64,000 nucleotides of DNA from NCBI RefSeq assembly GCF_058153355.1, contig NZ_CM177019.1. One strand, given 5' to 3'. A program made the position numbers and the translations under genes. Each line of letters opens with the position of its first letter. Position 1 is the stretch's first letter. The notes beneath the pieces were generated by a model, which was given only the letters and a program-made list of their open reading frames with translations, ran no database searches and was not told the DNA's origin. Shown piece by piece: positions 1 to 13,009 of the stretch.

Positions 1-630
1 CAACAGCTTGCATCTTCAGCCAAACGTTATGGCTTCGATGCCGTCTCCGCCGTCACGCCGTTCTACTACCCTTTCAGCTTTGAAGAACACTGCGATCACT
101 ATCGGGCAATTATTGATTCGGCGGATGGGTTGCCGATGGTGGTGTACAACATTCCGGCGTTAAGCGGCGTTAAACTGACCCTGGATCAGATTAACACTCT
201 GGTTACGTTGCCTGGTGTCGGCGCGCTGAAACAGACCTCTGGCGATCTCTATCAGATGGAGCAGATCCGTCGTGAACATCCGGATCTGGTGCTCTATAAC
301 GGTTACGACGAAATCTTTGCTTCTGGTTTGTTGGCGGGCGCTGATGGTGGTATCGGTAGTACTTACAACATTATGGGCTGGCGTTATCAGGGTATCGTGA
401 AGGCGCTGAAAGAAGGCGATATCCAGACCGCGCAGAAGCTGCAAACCGAATGTAATAAAGTCATTGATTTACTGATCAAAACGGGCGTATTCCGCGGCCT
501 GAAAACGGTCCTGCACTATATGGATGTCGTTTCTGTGCCGCTGTGCCGCAAACCGTTTGGTCCGGTCGATGAAAAATATCTGCCAGAACTGAAGGCGCTA
601 GCCCAGCAGTTGATGCAAGAGCGCGGGTGA
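1..630 (+). CDS. nanA: N-acetylneuraminate lyase, 3' portion (5' end lies outside the window)
   Basis: Frame-1 translation from position 1 is continuous to stop at 628-630 and matches the NanA C-terminal region (…[22 protein letters not shown]…); followed by nanT as in the nan operon. Confidence 0.9.
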   Translation, partial: QQLASSAKRYGFDAVSAVTPFYYPFSFEEHCDHYRAIIDSADGLPMVVYNIPALSGVKLTLDQINTLVTLPGVGALKQTSGDLYQMEQIRREHPDLVLYNGYDEIFASGLLAGADGGIGSTYNIMGWRYQGIVKALKEGDIQTAQKLQTECNKVIDLLIKTGVFRGLKTVLHYMDVVSVPLCRKPFGPVDEKYLPELKALAQQLMQERG

Positions 631-738
631 GTTGTTTCCCCTCGCTCGCCCCTACCGGGTGAGGGGAAATAAACGCATCTGTACCCTACAATTTTTATAC
701 CAAAGCGTGTGGGCATCGCCCACCGCGGGAGACTCACA

Positions 739-2229
739 ATGAGTACTACAACCCAGAATATCCCGTGGTATCGCCATCTCAACCGCGCACAATGGCGCGC
801 ATTTTCCGCTGCCTGGTTGGGATATCTGCTTGACGGTTTTGATTTCGTTTTAATCGCCCTGGTACTCACCGAAGTACAAGGTGAATTCGGGCTGACGACG
901 GTACAGGCGGCAAGTCTGATCTCCGCAGCCTTTATCTCTCGCTGGTTCGGCGGCCTGATGCTTGGCGCTATGGGCGACCGCTACGGGCGTCGTCTGGCAA
1001 TGGTTACCAGTATCGTTCTCTTCTCGGCCGGGACGCTGGCCTGCGGCTTTGCGCCAGGCTACATCACCATGTTTATTGCTCGTCTGGTCATCGGCATGGG
1101 GATGGCGGGAGAATACGGCTCCAGCGCCACCTATGTCATTGAACGCTGGCCAAAACATCTGCGTAACAAAGCCAGTGGCTTTCTGATTTCCGGCTTCTCG
1201 GTGGGTGCCGTCGTTGCCGCTCAGGTCTACAGCCTGGTGGTTCCGGTCTGGGGCTGGCGAGCGCTGTTCTTTATCGGCATTTTGCCAATCATCTTTGCTC
1301 TCTGGCTGCGTAAAAACATTCCGGAAGCGGAAGACTGGAAAGAGAAACACGCAGGTAAAGCACCAGTACGCACGATGGTAGACATTCTTTACCGTGGTGA
1401 ACATCGCATTGCCAATATCGTAATGACGCTGGCGGCGGCTACTGCGCTGTGGTTCTGCTTCGCTGGTAACCTGCAAAATGCCGCAATCGTCGCTGTTCTC
1501 GGGCTGTTATGTGCCGCAATCTTTATCAGCTTTATGGTTCAGAGTACGGGCAAACGCTGGCCAACGGGCGTAATGCTGATGGTGGTTGTGTTATTTGCTT
1601 TCCTCTACTCATGGCCGATTCAGGCACTGCTGCCAACGTATCTGAAAACCGATCTTGCTTATGACCCGCATACTGTTGCCAATGTGCTGTTCTTTAGTGG
1701 CTTTGGTGCGGCGGTGGGGTGCTGCGTCGGTGGCTTCCTCGGTGACTGGCTGGGAACCCGCAAAGCGTACGTTTGCAGTCTGCTGGCCTCACAGCTGCTG
1801 ATTATTCCGGTATTTGCGATTGGTGGCGCAAACGTCTGGGTGCTCGGTCTGTTACTGTTCTTCCAGCAAATGCTTGGACAAGGGATCGCCGGGATCTTAC
1901 CGAAACTGATTGGCGGTTATTTCGATACCGACCAGCGTGCAGCGGGCCTGGGCTTTACCTACAACGTTGGCGCATTGGGCGGCGCACTGGCCCCAATCAT
2001 CGGCGCGTTGATCGCTCAACGCCTGGATCTGGGTACTGCGCTGGCATCGCTTTCGTTTAGCCTGACGTTCGTGGTGATCCTGCTGATTGGGCTGGATATG
2101 CCTTCTCGCGTTCAGCGTTGGTTGCGCCCGGAAGCGTTGCGTACTCATGACGCTATCGACGGCAAACCATTTAGCGGTGCCGTGCCGTTTGGCAGCGCTA
2201 AAAACGATTTAGTCAAAACCAAAAGTTAA
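739..2229 (+). CDS. nanT: Sialic acid (N-acetylneuraminate) MFS transporter
   Basis: ORF 709..2229; conserved N-terminus [13 protein letters not shown] begins at ATG 739; 496 aa polytopic membrane protein; synteny nanA-nanT-nanE. Confidence 0.9.
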   Translation: MSTTTQNIPWYRHLNRAQWRAFSAAWLGYLLDGFDFVLIALVLTEVQGEFGLTTVQAASLISAAFISRWFGGLMLGAMGDRYGRRLAMVTSIVLFSAGTLACGFAPGYITMFIARLVIGMGMAGEYGSSATYVIERWPKHLRNKASGFLISGFSVGAVVAAQVYSLVVPVWGWRALFFIGILPIIFALWLRKNIPEAEDWKEKHAGKAPVRTMVDILYRGEHRIANIVMTLAAATALWFCFAGNLQNAAIVAVLGLLCAAIFISFMVQSTGKRWPTGVMLMVVVLFAFLYSWPIQALLPTYLKTDLAYDPHTVANVLFFSGFGAAVGCCVGGFLGDWLGTRKAYVCSLLASQLLIIPVFAIGGANVWVLGLLLFFQQMLGQGIAGILPKLIGGYFDTDQRAAGLGFTYNVGALGGALAPIIGALIAQRLDLGTALASLSFSLTFVVILLIGLDMPSRVQRWLRPEALRTHDAIDGKPFSGAVPFGSAKNDLVKTKS

Positions 2230-2275
2230 TCCTGTTGCCCGGTCTTCTACCGGGCCTTTCGCTAAGGGAAGATGT

Positions 2276-2961
2276 ATGTCGTTACTTGCACAACTGGATC
2301 AAAAAATCGCTGCTAACGGTGGCCTGATTGTCTCCTGCCAGCCGGTTCCGGACAGCCCACTCGATAAACCTGAAATCGTCGCCGCCATGGCATTAGCGGC
2401 AGAGCAGGCGGGAGCGGTTGCCATTCGTATTGAAGGTGTGACAAATCTGCAAGCCACGCGTGCGGTGGTGAGTGTGCCGATTATCGGGATTGTGAAACGC
2501 GATCTAGAGGATTCTCCGGTACGCATCACGGCATATATTGAAGATGTCGATGCGCTGGCGCAGGCAGGCGCGGATATCATCGCGATTGACGGCACCGACC
2601 GACCGCGTCCGGTGCCTGTTGAAACGCTACTGGCACGTATCCACCATCACGGTTTACTGGCGATGACCGACTGCTCAACGCCGGAAGACGGCCTGGCATG
2701 CCAAAAGCTGGGAGCCGAAATTATTGGCACTACGCTTTCTGGCTATACCACACCTGAAACGCCAGAAGAGCCGGATCTGGCGCTGGTGAAAACGTTGAGC
2801 GACGCCGGATGTCGGGTGATTGCCGAAGGGCGTTACAACTCGCCTGCTCAGGCGGCGGATGCGATGCGCCACGGTGCATGGGCGGTAACGGTCGGTTCTG
2901 CTATCACGCGTCTTGAACACATTTGTCAGTGGTACAACACAGCGATGAAAAAGGCGGTGCT

Positions 2962-2965
<4 letters not shown>
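2276..2965 (+). CDS. nanE: N-acetylmannosamine-6-phosphate 2-epimerase
   Basis: 229-aa ORF; stop overlaps nanK start (ATGA); nan operon synteny. Confidence 0.9.
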
Positions 2966-4298
<1,333 letters not shown>

Positions 4299-4317
4299 AA
4301 CTTAGTTCGTTTTAAAG

Positions 4318-4342
4318 ATTCTGCAGACACTGTCTGCAGAAT
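4318..4342. repeat. Perfect 25-bp palindrome ATTCTGCAGAC-ACT-GTCTGCAGAAT between yhcH and the yhcG-like gene
   Basis: Read directly; same GCAGAC-N3-GTCTGC core as the three palindromes at 4829-4932. Confidence 0.9.
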
Positions 4343-4367
4343 TCGAAACCGCTGAAATTAACGGCGT

Positions 4368-5234
4368 CTATAGCCTTCCTCTAGCACCGCCTGTGTTCGA
4401 ACGAGTTCGGCGGTGGAAAAACAGCAGATCGACACGAAACCAGTTGTCATCAATGCGTAACCTTCGCTGCCGACCAACAAAGGCAAAATCATCCCCAAGT
4501 TCCAGCATTAAATCCATCAGGTGATTGATCAGCGCCTCCTCAAAATCGGATTCTGAGTATTCATCTTTCAATTCCAGAAATTCGAGCACAAAGGGATCGC
4601 GTATCGCCTGTTGCGGAAGAATATGCGTCTCGGCAGGAGCGTGTTGTTGCAGCATGGCTGATTTGTCATGTGACAGTAGTGTTCGCTCATAAAATTGGGT
4701 CGCAATTTGCCGCTCTAGCTGGCGGACAGACCAACCACAGCGGAGCGCCTCTTTTTCATAAAAGCTGCGGGCGTCAGCGTTTTTAACGGAAAGTAGACGG
4801 ACGTAGGTGGACCAAGGCAGGGGGAACGATTTGGCAGACAGCGTCTGCCAAATCTTTGCCGATGGGAATTCTGCAGACGGTGTCTGCGGAATTCCCAATG
4901 GTGTTAATTCGCCAGACACTGTCTGGCGAATTTCAACATGTTGAAAAAAGAGGTAAAAAAGCCTCATTTGGCGTAAGTTTTTTGCAGAGAACCCACGCTT
5001 ATACCTTAGACTTAAATCCTTTGATAGTCGCTTGATTAGCTGCGCACCATACGCAGCTCTGGCCTCGCCACCTTGTTCAAATTCGACAATTCGTCGGCCA
5101 ATTTCCCAGTACGTCGCGGTCATCAGCGCGTTAACGCTACGTACCGTTTCCGTTCGGGCGCTATCGACCAGATGAATAATGCCGTCGTGGATTTGCTGGT
5201 AGCCTGCTGTGGTTCCTTCTGAGAGCGATTCCAT
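4368..5234 (-). pseudogene. yhcG: YhcG-like DUF1016 (PD-(D/E)XK nuclease family) gene, apparently 3'-truncated and carrying an in-frame palindrome expansion
   Basis: 288-aa ORF with DUF1016-like N-terminal region (…TYWEIGRRIVE…, …NLRQMRLFY…, IWQTLSAK motif). It stops shortly after VDLLFFH, before the expected catalytic E-x-K segment. Only 69 bp separate its stop from the yhcH stop. Confidence 0.55.
4829..4945. repeat. Cluster of near-perfect palindromes inside the yhcG-like coding sequence (4829-4853, 4864-4896, 4906-4932, plus CAACATGTTG at 4934-4943)
   Basis: Read directly: TTTGGCAGAC-AGC-GTCTGCCAAA; GGGAATTCTGCAGAC-GGT-GTCTGCGGAATTCCC; AATTCGCCAGAC-ACT-GTCTGGCGAATT. Each unit encodes a variant of the IWQTLSAK motif in frame. 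Confidence 0.85.
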
Positions 5235-5417
5235 TATCTTTCCCTTTATATGGCGCAGTGTTGAATAATGGAATCAGCTATACGCCGGGCATCTGCCGGT
5301 AACAATCCAGATGTGCGTATTACATTGGTTTTCTTCAGATTATGCGAGGCGCTTTCCAGAACGAAAGGAGAATTTCAGCGCCGACTCTTTTCTGAGGAGG
5401 CGGCGCTGGGACAGAGC

Positions 5418-6848
<1,431 letters not shown>

Positions 6849-9800
6849 TTACTGCGCCTGCACGCGCAACTCTGCTGCGCTACGACTACGGTGACCCAGC
6901 AGTGCTTTTACATCACTGGACTTCGGTTTAACCAGCGCGAATTTCGTGGCGAAGGTTGACCAGTTCGCCAGAATCTCTTCACCGCGCTGGGAACCGGTAT
7001 GCTGCACATGCTCGGTGATAAGACCACGCAGATGCTCTTCATGGATCGCCAAATCGTCAACGCTTAAGACCTCGACCAGTTCCGGGTTAACGCGTTTGCG
7101 GAAATCGCCGCTTTCATCGAGAACGTAAGCGAAGCCGCCGGTCATGCCCGCGCCGAAGTTAACGCCGGTTTTACCCAGAATACAGACAATACCGCCCGTC
7201 ATATATTCACAGCCGTTGTCGCCAATGCCTTCTACCACGGTGATAGCACCGGAGTTCCGCACGCCGAAACGTTCACCCGCGCGGCCTGCGGCATACAGAC
7301 GACCACCGGTCGCGCCATACAGGCAGGTGTTGCCGATAATGCTTGCTTCATGGCTGCGGAAGGCGGAACCAACCGGAGGACGAATGGCGATTAAGCCGCC
7401 CGCCATGCCTTTACCGACATAGTCGTTGGCATCACCGGTCAGGTACAGTTCCACGCCGCCCGCGTTCCACACACCGAAGCTCTGGCCTGCGGTGCCGTTG
7501 AAGTACGCTTTGATCGGATCGGCTGCCAGACCCTGATCGCCGTGCGTCTGAGCGATATAGCCTGAAAGCGACGCGCCGACAGAACGGTCGGTGTTGCGAA
7601 TATCGAACCAGAAGGTTTTGCTCTGACGCTCATCGACAAACGGTTTTGCCTGTTGCAGCAACTGCGCGTTCAGCAGGCCATTATCAAACGGCGGGTTGTT
7701 TTCGGTACAGTAGAGCGCCTTACCTGGATGCGGCTCGGCAGTCTCCAGCAGCTTCGACAGCGCCAGTTTCTGCTGTTTGGCGGTGAAACCGTCCAGCTCT
7801 TTGAGCAGGTCGGTACGGCCAATCAGATCCACCAGGCGCGTTACGCCCAGTTGCGCCATCAGCTCGCGGGTTTCACGGGCGATAAACTCAAAGTAATTGG
7901 TCACTTTGAACGGCAGGCCGTGATAGTGATTCTTACGCAGCTTGTCATCCTGAGTTGCTACACCGGTGGCGCAGTTGTTCAGATGGCAGATTCGCAGGTA
8001 TTTACAGCCGAGCGCCACCATCGGGCCAGTGCCGAAGCCGAAGCTTTCTGCGCCGAGAATCGCCGCTTTGATGATATCGACACCTGTTTTCAGGCCGCCA
8101 TCGACCTGCAAACGGATCTTATGACGCAAGCCGTTGGCAACCAGCGCCTGTTGTGTTTCAACAAGCCCCAGTTCCCACGGGCAGCCTGCGTATTTCACCG
8201 ATGAAAGCGGACTTGCGCCGGTGCCGCCGTCATAGCCTGCGATGGTGATCAAGTCCGCATAAGCTTTCGCCACGCCAGTCGCGATGGTGCCAACGCCCGG
8301 TTCAGAAACCAGCTTCACGGAGATCATCGCTTTCGGGTTAACCTGCTTGAGGTCGAAAATGAGCTGCGCTAAGTCCTCGATAGAGTAGATATCATGGTGC
8401 GGCGGCGGAGAGATCAGCGTCACTCCGGGCACCGAATAGCGCAGTTTGGCGATGTAAGGAGTGACTTTATCGCCCGGCAACTGACCGCCTTCGCCCGGTT
8501 TCGCGCCCTGGGCGACTTTAATCTGAATGACGTCAGCATTGACCAGGTACGCCGGAGTAACGCCGAAGCGACCAGAAGCCACCTGCTTGATGCGCGACAC
8601 TTTGTTAGTGCCGTAGCGCGCCGGATCTTCACCACCTTCACCGGAGTTCGAGTTACCGCCGATGCTATTCATCGCTTCCGCCAGCGCCTCGTGGGCTTCC
8701 GGGCTTAACGCGCCGATAGACATCGCAGCGGTATCGAAGCGTTTAAACAGTTCGCTTGCCGGTTCAACATCGGCAATGTTGACTGCGTTTTCACCCGGCG
8801 TAATTGCCAGCAGATCGCGCAGCGTGGTTGCCGGACGCTCATTAACCAGCTTCGCGTATTCCTGATAGTCGCTGTACTCGCCGCTTTGTACCGCCTGTTG
8901 CAGTGTGCGCACGACGTCCGGGTTGTAGGCGTGGTATTCGCCACCGTGCACGTATTTCAGCAAGCCGCCCTGGCTGATGGGCTTACGCGCCAGCCAGGCA
9001 CGTTTCGACAGATTCAGCAGATCCTGCTGGAAGTCTTCAAAGCTTGCCCCACCAATGCGGCTAACCGCGCCCTGGAAGCACAGGCCCACTACATCATCGT
9101 GCAGACCGACCGCTTCAAACAGTTTCGAGCCGCGGTAAGACGCGATGGTGGAGATGCCCATTTTGGACATGATTTTGTACAAGCCTTTGTTGATGCCGTT
9201 ACGGTAGTTGAGCATCACGGTACGATAATCTTTGGCAATCGCGTGGGTGTCTACCAGGCGGCCCAGCGTTTCATAGGCCAGGTACGGATAAATAGCCGTC
9301 GCGCCGAAGCCCAGCAACACGGCGAAGTGGTGCGGGTCGCGGGCGCTGGCGGTTTCGACGATGATATTGGCATCGCAACGCAGGCTTTGATCGACCAGAC
9401 GAGTCTGGATCGCGCCAACCGCCATCAGAGCCGGAACCGGCAGGCGATCTTTAGCGATATTCCGGTCAGAAAGCACCAGCAGCACGGTGCCGCTACGCAC
9501 CATCTGCTCTGCTTTGTCGCACAGCTCTTTGACCGTCGCTTCGAGCGTGGTTTTAGTGACGTCAAAGGTGATATCCAGCGTATTTGCGCGGTAGTGCTCC
9601 TCTTTCATCGTCGTGAGCTGTTTGAAATCGGAGTAGAGCAGAATCGGCGATTTAAAGCTTAAACGGTGCGCCTGGCCTTCTGCTTCACAGAAGACGTTCA
9701 TTTCACGCCCGATGCTGGTGGCGAGCGACATAACATGCGCTTCACGTAGCGGGTCGATTGGCGGGTTAGTGACCTGCGCAAACTGCTGGCGGAAGTAGTC

Positions 9801-11309
9801 GTAAATAATGCGCGGCTGGCTGGAGAGCACGGCGAATGGGGTATCATCGCCCATCGAACCGACGGCTTCCTGACCGTTTTCACCCAGTACGCGAATTACG
9901 GAGTCCAGCTCTTCCGCGCTGTAGTTAAACTGTTTCTGGTAGCTGGCAAGTGTGTCGTCGTCCAGTTCGCGGCTACCCACTTCTTCATCGGGCAGATCTT
10001 CAAACGGTACCAGACGGCGGACGTTTTTCTCCATCCACTCTTTATATGGATGGCGGCTTTTCAGATCGTCATCGGTTTCTGCCGAGTGCAGAATACGCCC
10101 ACTGCGGGTGTCGATAACCATTAGTTCGCCTGGCCCCACGCGGCCTTTTTCGACTACTTCGTCAGGCTGATAATCCCAGATACCGACTTCAGAGGCGCAG
10201 GTGATGAGCTTATCTTTGGTGATGACGTAGCGCGCCGGACGCAGACCGTTACGGTCGAGGTTACAGGCAGCAAAACGACCATCGGACATTACGATGCCCG
10301 CCGGGCCATCCCACGGCTCCATATGCATGGAGTTAAAGTCGAAGAACGCGCGCAGCTCCGGGTCCATATCCGGGTTGTTCTGCCAGGCGGGTGGCACTAA
10401 CAGACGCATGGCGCGGATGATATCCATCCCGCCCGCCAGCAGCAGTTCCAGCATGTTATCCATGGAACTGGAGTCAGAGCCGGTTTCGTTGACGAACGGC
10501 GCGGCGTCGTGCAGGTCAGGGATCAGCGGTGTCTGGAATTTATAGGTACGCGCTCGCGCCCATTGGCGGTTACCGGTGATGGTGTTGATTTCACCGTTAT
10601 GCGCCAGGTAGCGGAACGGCTGCGCCAGCGGCCAGCGCGGTACGGTATTAGTGGAGAAGCGCTGGTGGAACAGGCAGATGGCCGATTCCAGACGCAGGTC
10701 CGCGAGGTCCAGGTAGAAGCGCGGCAGATCCGCCGGCATACACAGACCTTTATAGATGTTCACCAGATTCGACAGGCTACAGACGTAGAAGTCTTTGTCA
10801 GCTTCGAGACGCTTTTCAATACGGCGGCGGGCGATAAACAGACGGCGCTCCATATCGCGCGGACGCCAACCTGCCGGGGCGTTCACAAAAATTTGCTCAA
10901 TGCGTGGCAGAGAGGAGAGGGCGATTTCACCCAGCACGCCTTCGTTAGTGGGGACATCACGCCAGCCGACAATCGACAACGTTTCGCGTTGCAGCTCTTC
11001 TTCAACGATGCGGCGTGCGGTCGCGGCGAGTTCAGGATCTTTATTCAGGAAAAGCATCCCGACGGCGTAGTTTTTCGCTAAACGCCAGCCTCGCTCCTGC
11101 GCAACAATGCGAAAAAAGCGATCCGGTTTTTGTAACAGCAAGCCGCAACCGTCACCGGTTTTACCATCGGCGAGAATCGCGCCACGGTGCTGCATGCGGG
11201 CCAGTGCGTGTATTGCAGTACGCACTACCTTGTGGCTAGGTTCGCCTTCTATGTGGGCGATCAGGCCGAAACCACAGTTATCCCTCTCAAGGGATTTATC
11301 GTACAACAT
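6849..11309 (-). CDS. gltB: Glutamate synthase large subunit
   Basis: ORF 6849..11417; conserved start [15 protein letters not shown] (propeptide followed by the amidotransferase Cys) at ATG 11309, giving 1486 aa. Confidence 0.9.
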   Translation of the reverse strand: MLYDKSLERDNCGFGLIAHIEGEPSHKVVRTAIHALARMQHRGAILADGKTGDGCGLLLQKPDRFFRIVAQERGWRLAKNYAVGMLFLNKDPELAATARRIVEEELQRETLSIVGWRDVPTNEGVLGEIALSSLPRIEQIFVNAPAGWRPRDMERRLFIARRRIEKRLEADKDFYVCSLSNLVNIYKGLCMPADLPRFYLDLADLRLESAICLFHQRFSTNTVPRWPLAQPFRYLAHNGEINTITGNRQWARARTYKFQTPLIPDLHDAAPFVNETGSDSSSMDNMLELLLAGGMDIIRAMRLLVPPAWQNNPDMDPELRAFFDFNSMHMEPWDGPAGIVMSDGRFAACNLDRNGLRPARYVITKDKLITCASEVGIWDYQPDEVVEKGRVGPGELMVIDTRSGRILHSAETDDDLKSRHPYKEWMEKNVRRLVPFEDLPDEEVGSRELDDDTLASYQKQFNYSAEELDSVIRVLGENGQEAVGSMGDDTPFAVLSSQPRIIYDYFRQQFAQVTNPPIDPLREAHVMSLATSIGREMNVFCEAEGQAHRLSFKSPILLYSDFKQLTTMKEEHYRANTLDITFDVTKTTLEATVKELCDKAEQMVRSGTVLLVLSDRNIAKDRLPVPALMAVGAIQTRLVDQSLRCDANIIVETASARDPHHFAVLLGFGATAIYPYLAYETLGRLVDTHAIAKDYRTVMLNYRNGINKGLYKIMSKMGISTIASYRGSKLFEAVGLHDDVVGLCFQGAVSRIGGASFEDFQQDLLNLSKRAWLARKPISQGGLLKYVHGGEYHAYNPDVVRTLQQAVQSGEYSDYQEYAKLVNERPATTLRDLLAITPGENAVNIADVEPASELFKRFDTAAMSIGALSPEAHEALAEAMNSIGGNSNSGEGGEDPARYGTNKVSRIKQVASGRFGVTPAYLVNADVIQIKVAQGAKPGEGGQLPGDKVTPYIAKLRYSVPGVTLISPPPHHDIYSIEDLAQLIFDLKQVNPKAMISVKLVSEPGVGTIATGVAKAYADLITIAGYDGGTGASPLSSVKYAGCPWELGLVETQQALVANGLRHKIRLQVDGGLKTGVDIIKAAILGAESFGFGTGPMVALGCKYLRICHLNNCATGVATQDDKLRKNHYHGLPFKVTNYFEFIARETRELMAQLGVTRLVDLIGRTDLLKELDGFTAKQQKLALSKLLETAEPHPGKALYCTENNPPFDNGLLNAQLLQQAKPFVDERQSKTFWFDIRNTDRSVGASLSGYIAQTHGDQGLAADPIKAYFNGTAGQSFGVWNAGGVELYLTGDANDYVGKGMAGGLIAIRPPVGSAFRSHEASIIGNTCLYGATGGRLYAAGRAGERFGVRNSGAITVVEGIGDNGCEYMTGGIVCILGKTGVNFGAGMTGGFAYVLDESGDFRKRVNPELVEVLSVDDLAIHEEHLRGLITEHVQHTGSQRGEEILANWSTFATKFALVKPKSSDVKALLGHRSRSAAELRVQAQ

Positions 11310-11417
11310 ATCGTGAACCTCCCCCAGGCTCTGCGGGAACCCCACTTCCGAACCGCTGCGCACGGGCACAGAAAGAGCGTGGCGACGGGGTTTGCGTTTC
11401 ATACGCGCGCCTCGCAT

Positions 11418-11984
11418 TCGCCCCCTTGTTGTCCTTTTCGCATCGATTAATACGGTGAAGAGGGGATCTCAATTACTGCATAAATATGATGAGCAGGCTG
11501 CTCATCCAGAAAGCTTCCAGCGGATTTCCAACTTATCGGGAAAGCTGATACAGGTCAAATGGCAAGCTTATTGGTACAGAAATGTGCTTTAGCGCAAAAT
11601 TCTTTATTAATTTATTGAAATTAAAAAGGATTTGTTAATTAAGTTGAAAAGAGGCGTCGTTAGGGAAACAGTCAATTCCTGACTGTCATAAAGGCGTGTT
11701 AACCCTTATCCTGCCTTGAACTGACGAGAAAGGCAGTATTTTATACTGCATTAATTGGTAATGACGTTTCATGCTACTGTTTTTTGCCTAAAATCCATAA
11801 GGAGATAAAAAAATCTGACACAAGATAAGCAAAAGTGATTTATGTGATTATGCATGAAATTTCGGTAATTTTGATTGATTATGCAATTGATAAAAGCAGG
11901 CTGGGACGATTGATCCAGGTCATCGCCGAATTGAGCTAAAAATGGCAGGCTTTGGCCTCTTTTCAAGGCGCGGTCTATCAGATT
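11418..11984. promoter_or_regulatory. Long AT-rich divergent control region between gltB and yhcC (gltBD promoter and upstream regulatory region)
   Basis: About 570 bp non-coding, AT-rich with A/T tracts, upstream of gltB on the minus strand. Individual binding sites not resolved by eye. Confidence 0.5.
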
Positions 11985-12914
11985 ATGCAGTTACAGAAAT
12001 TAGTCAATATGTTTGGTGGTGATCTCACCCGTCGTTATGGGCAAAAGGTGCATAAGCTGACGCTGCACGGCGGTTTTAGCTGCCCTAACCGTGACGGTAC
12101 CATCGGGCGTGGTGGCTGCACATTCTGTAATGTTGCCTCGTTTGCCGATGAAGCGCAGCAGCATCATTCCATTGCCGAGCAACTGGCGCACCAGGCGAAT
12201 TTAGTTAACCGCGCTAAACGCTATCTGGCCTACTTTCAGGCGTATACCAGCACCTTTGCGGAAGTTCAGGTGCTGCGTTCTATGTATCAGCAGGCGGTGA
12301 GCCAGGCCAATATTGTCGGTTTGTGTGTTGGTACCCGCCCGGACTGCGTGCCGGATGCGGTGCTGGATCTGCTTTGCGAATATAAGGACCAGGGCTACGA
12401 AGTGTGGCTGGAGCTGGGGCTACAAACCGCCCACGACAAAACGCTGCATCGCATCAATCGCGGTCATGATTTTGCCTGCTATCAGCGCACGACGCAGCTG
12501 GCGCGTGAGCGCGGGCTGAAGGTGTGTTCTCACTTAATTGTCGGCCTGCCTGGCGAAGGGCAGGCTGAATGTTTGCAAACGCTGGAGCGAGTGGTTGAAA
12601 CCGGCGTGGACGGCATAAAGCTGCATCCGCTACATATAGTAAAAGGCAGCATTATGGCGAAAGCCTGGGAAGCGGGGCGTTTGAACGGTATTGAACTGGA
12701 CGATTACACGCTCACTGCCGGAGAAATGATTCGCCATACGCCACCGGAAGTGATCTACCACCGCATTTCCGCCAGCGCCCGTCGCCCGACGCTGCTTGCT
12801 CCGCTGTGGTGCGAAAATCGATGGACGGGAATGGTCGAGCTGGATCGCTATCTGAATGAACATGGCGTACAGGGATCGGCGCTGGGACGTCCGTGGCTAC
12901 CTCCAACGGCGTAG
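11985..12914 (+). CDS. yhcC: Radical-SAM family protein YhcC
   Basis: ORF 11952..12914 (TTG-extended in track); conserved start MQLQKLVNMFGG at ATG 11985; CxxxCxxC-type Cys cluster (CPNRDGTIGRGGCTFC). Confidence 0.8.
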   Translation: MQLQKLVNMFGGDLTRRYGQKVHKLTLHGGFSCPNRDGTIGRGGCTFCNVASFADEAQQHHSIAEQLAHQANLVNRAKRYLAYFQAYTSTFAEVQVLRSMYQQAVSQANIVGLCVGTRPDCVPDAVLDLLCEYKDQGYEVWLELGLQTAHDKTLHRINRGHDFACYQRTTQLARERGLKVCSHLIVGLPGEGQAECLQTLERVVETGVDGIKLHPLHIVKGSIMAKAWEAGRLNGIELDDYTLTAGEMIRHTPPEVIYHRISASARRPTLLAPLWCENRWTGMVELDRYLNEHGVQGSALGRPWLPPTA

Positions 12915-13009
12915 GCCATTGAGGGGAATTCCGCATTTCTCACACAATTTATAACGTAACTGTCAGAATTGGGTATTATTGGGGCAGGTTGTCGTGAAGG
13001 AATTCCCTA

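Noticed and set aside
4318-4420. Possibility that the palindrome next to the truncated yhcG is an engineered recombinase scar (FRT or loxP) from a gene knockout.
   Set aside because: The sequence does not match the FRT (GAAGTTCCTATTC…) or loxP (ATAACTTCGTATA…) cores. The same palindrome family occurs three more times in frame inside the gene, so it looks native.
6849-11417. N-terminally extended versions of many ORFs in the track (e.g. gltB from 11417, nanT from 709, kdsD to 24789, lptA to 22675, hpf to 19945, ptsN to 19480, folP from 40934, rbfA from 52692, pnp from 54632).
   Set aside because: The track reports the longest ORF including alternative start codons. The conserved protein N-termini begin further downstream, and in several cases the extension would cover promoter or operator sequence or the preceding gene.
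11418-11984. Long AT-rich intergenic region upstream of gltB considered as a possible mobile-element remnant or small-gene locus (ORFs 11392..11592 and 11769..11966).
   Set aside because: No inverted terminal repeats, no transposase or integrase fragments. It fits the known long regulatory region of gltBD; the small ORFs lack start signals.
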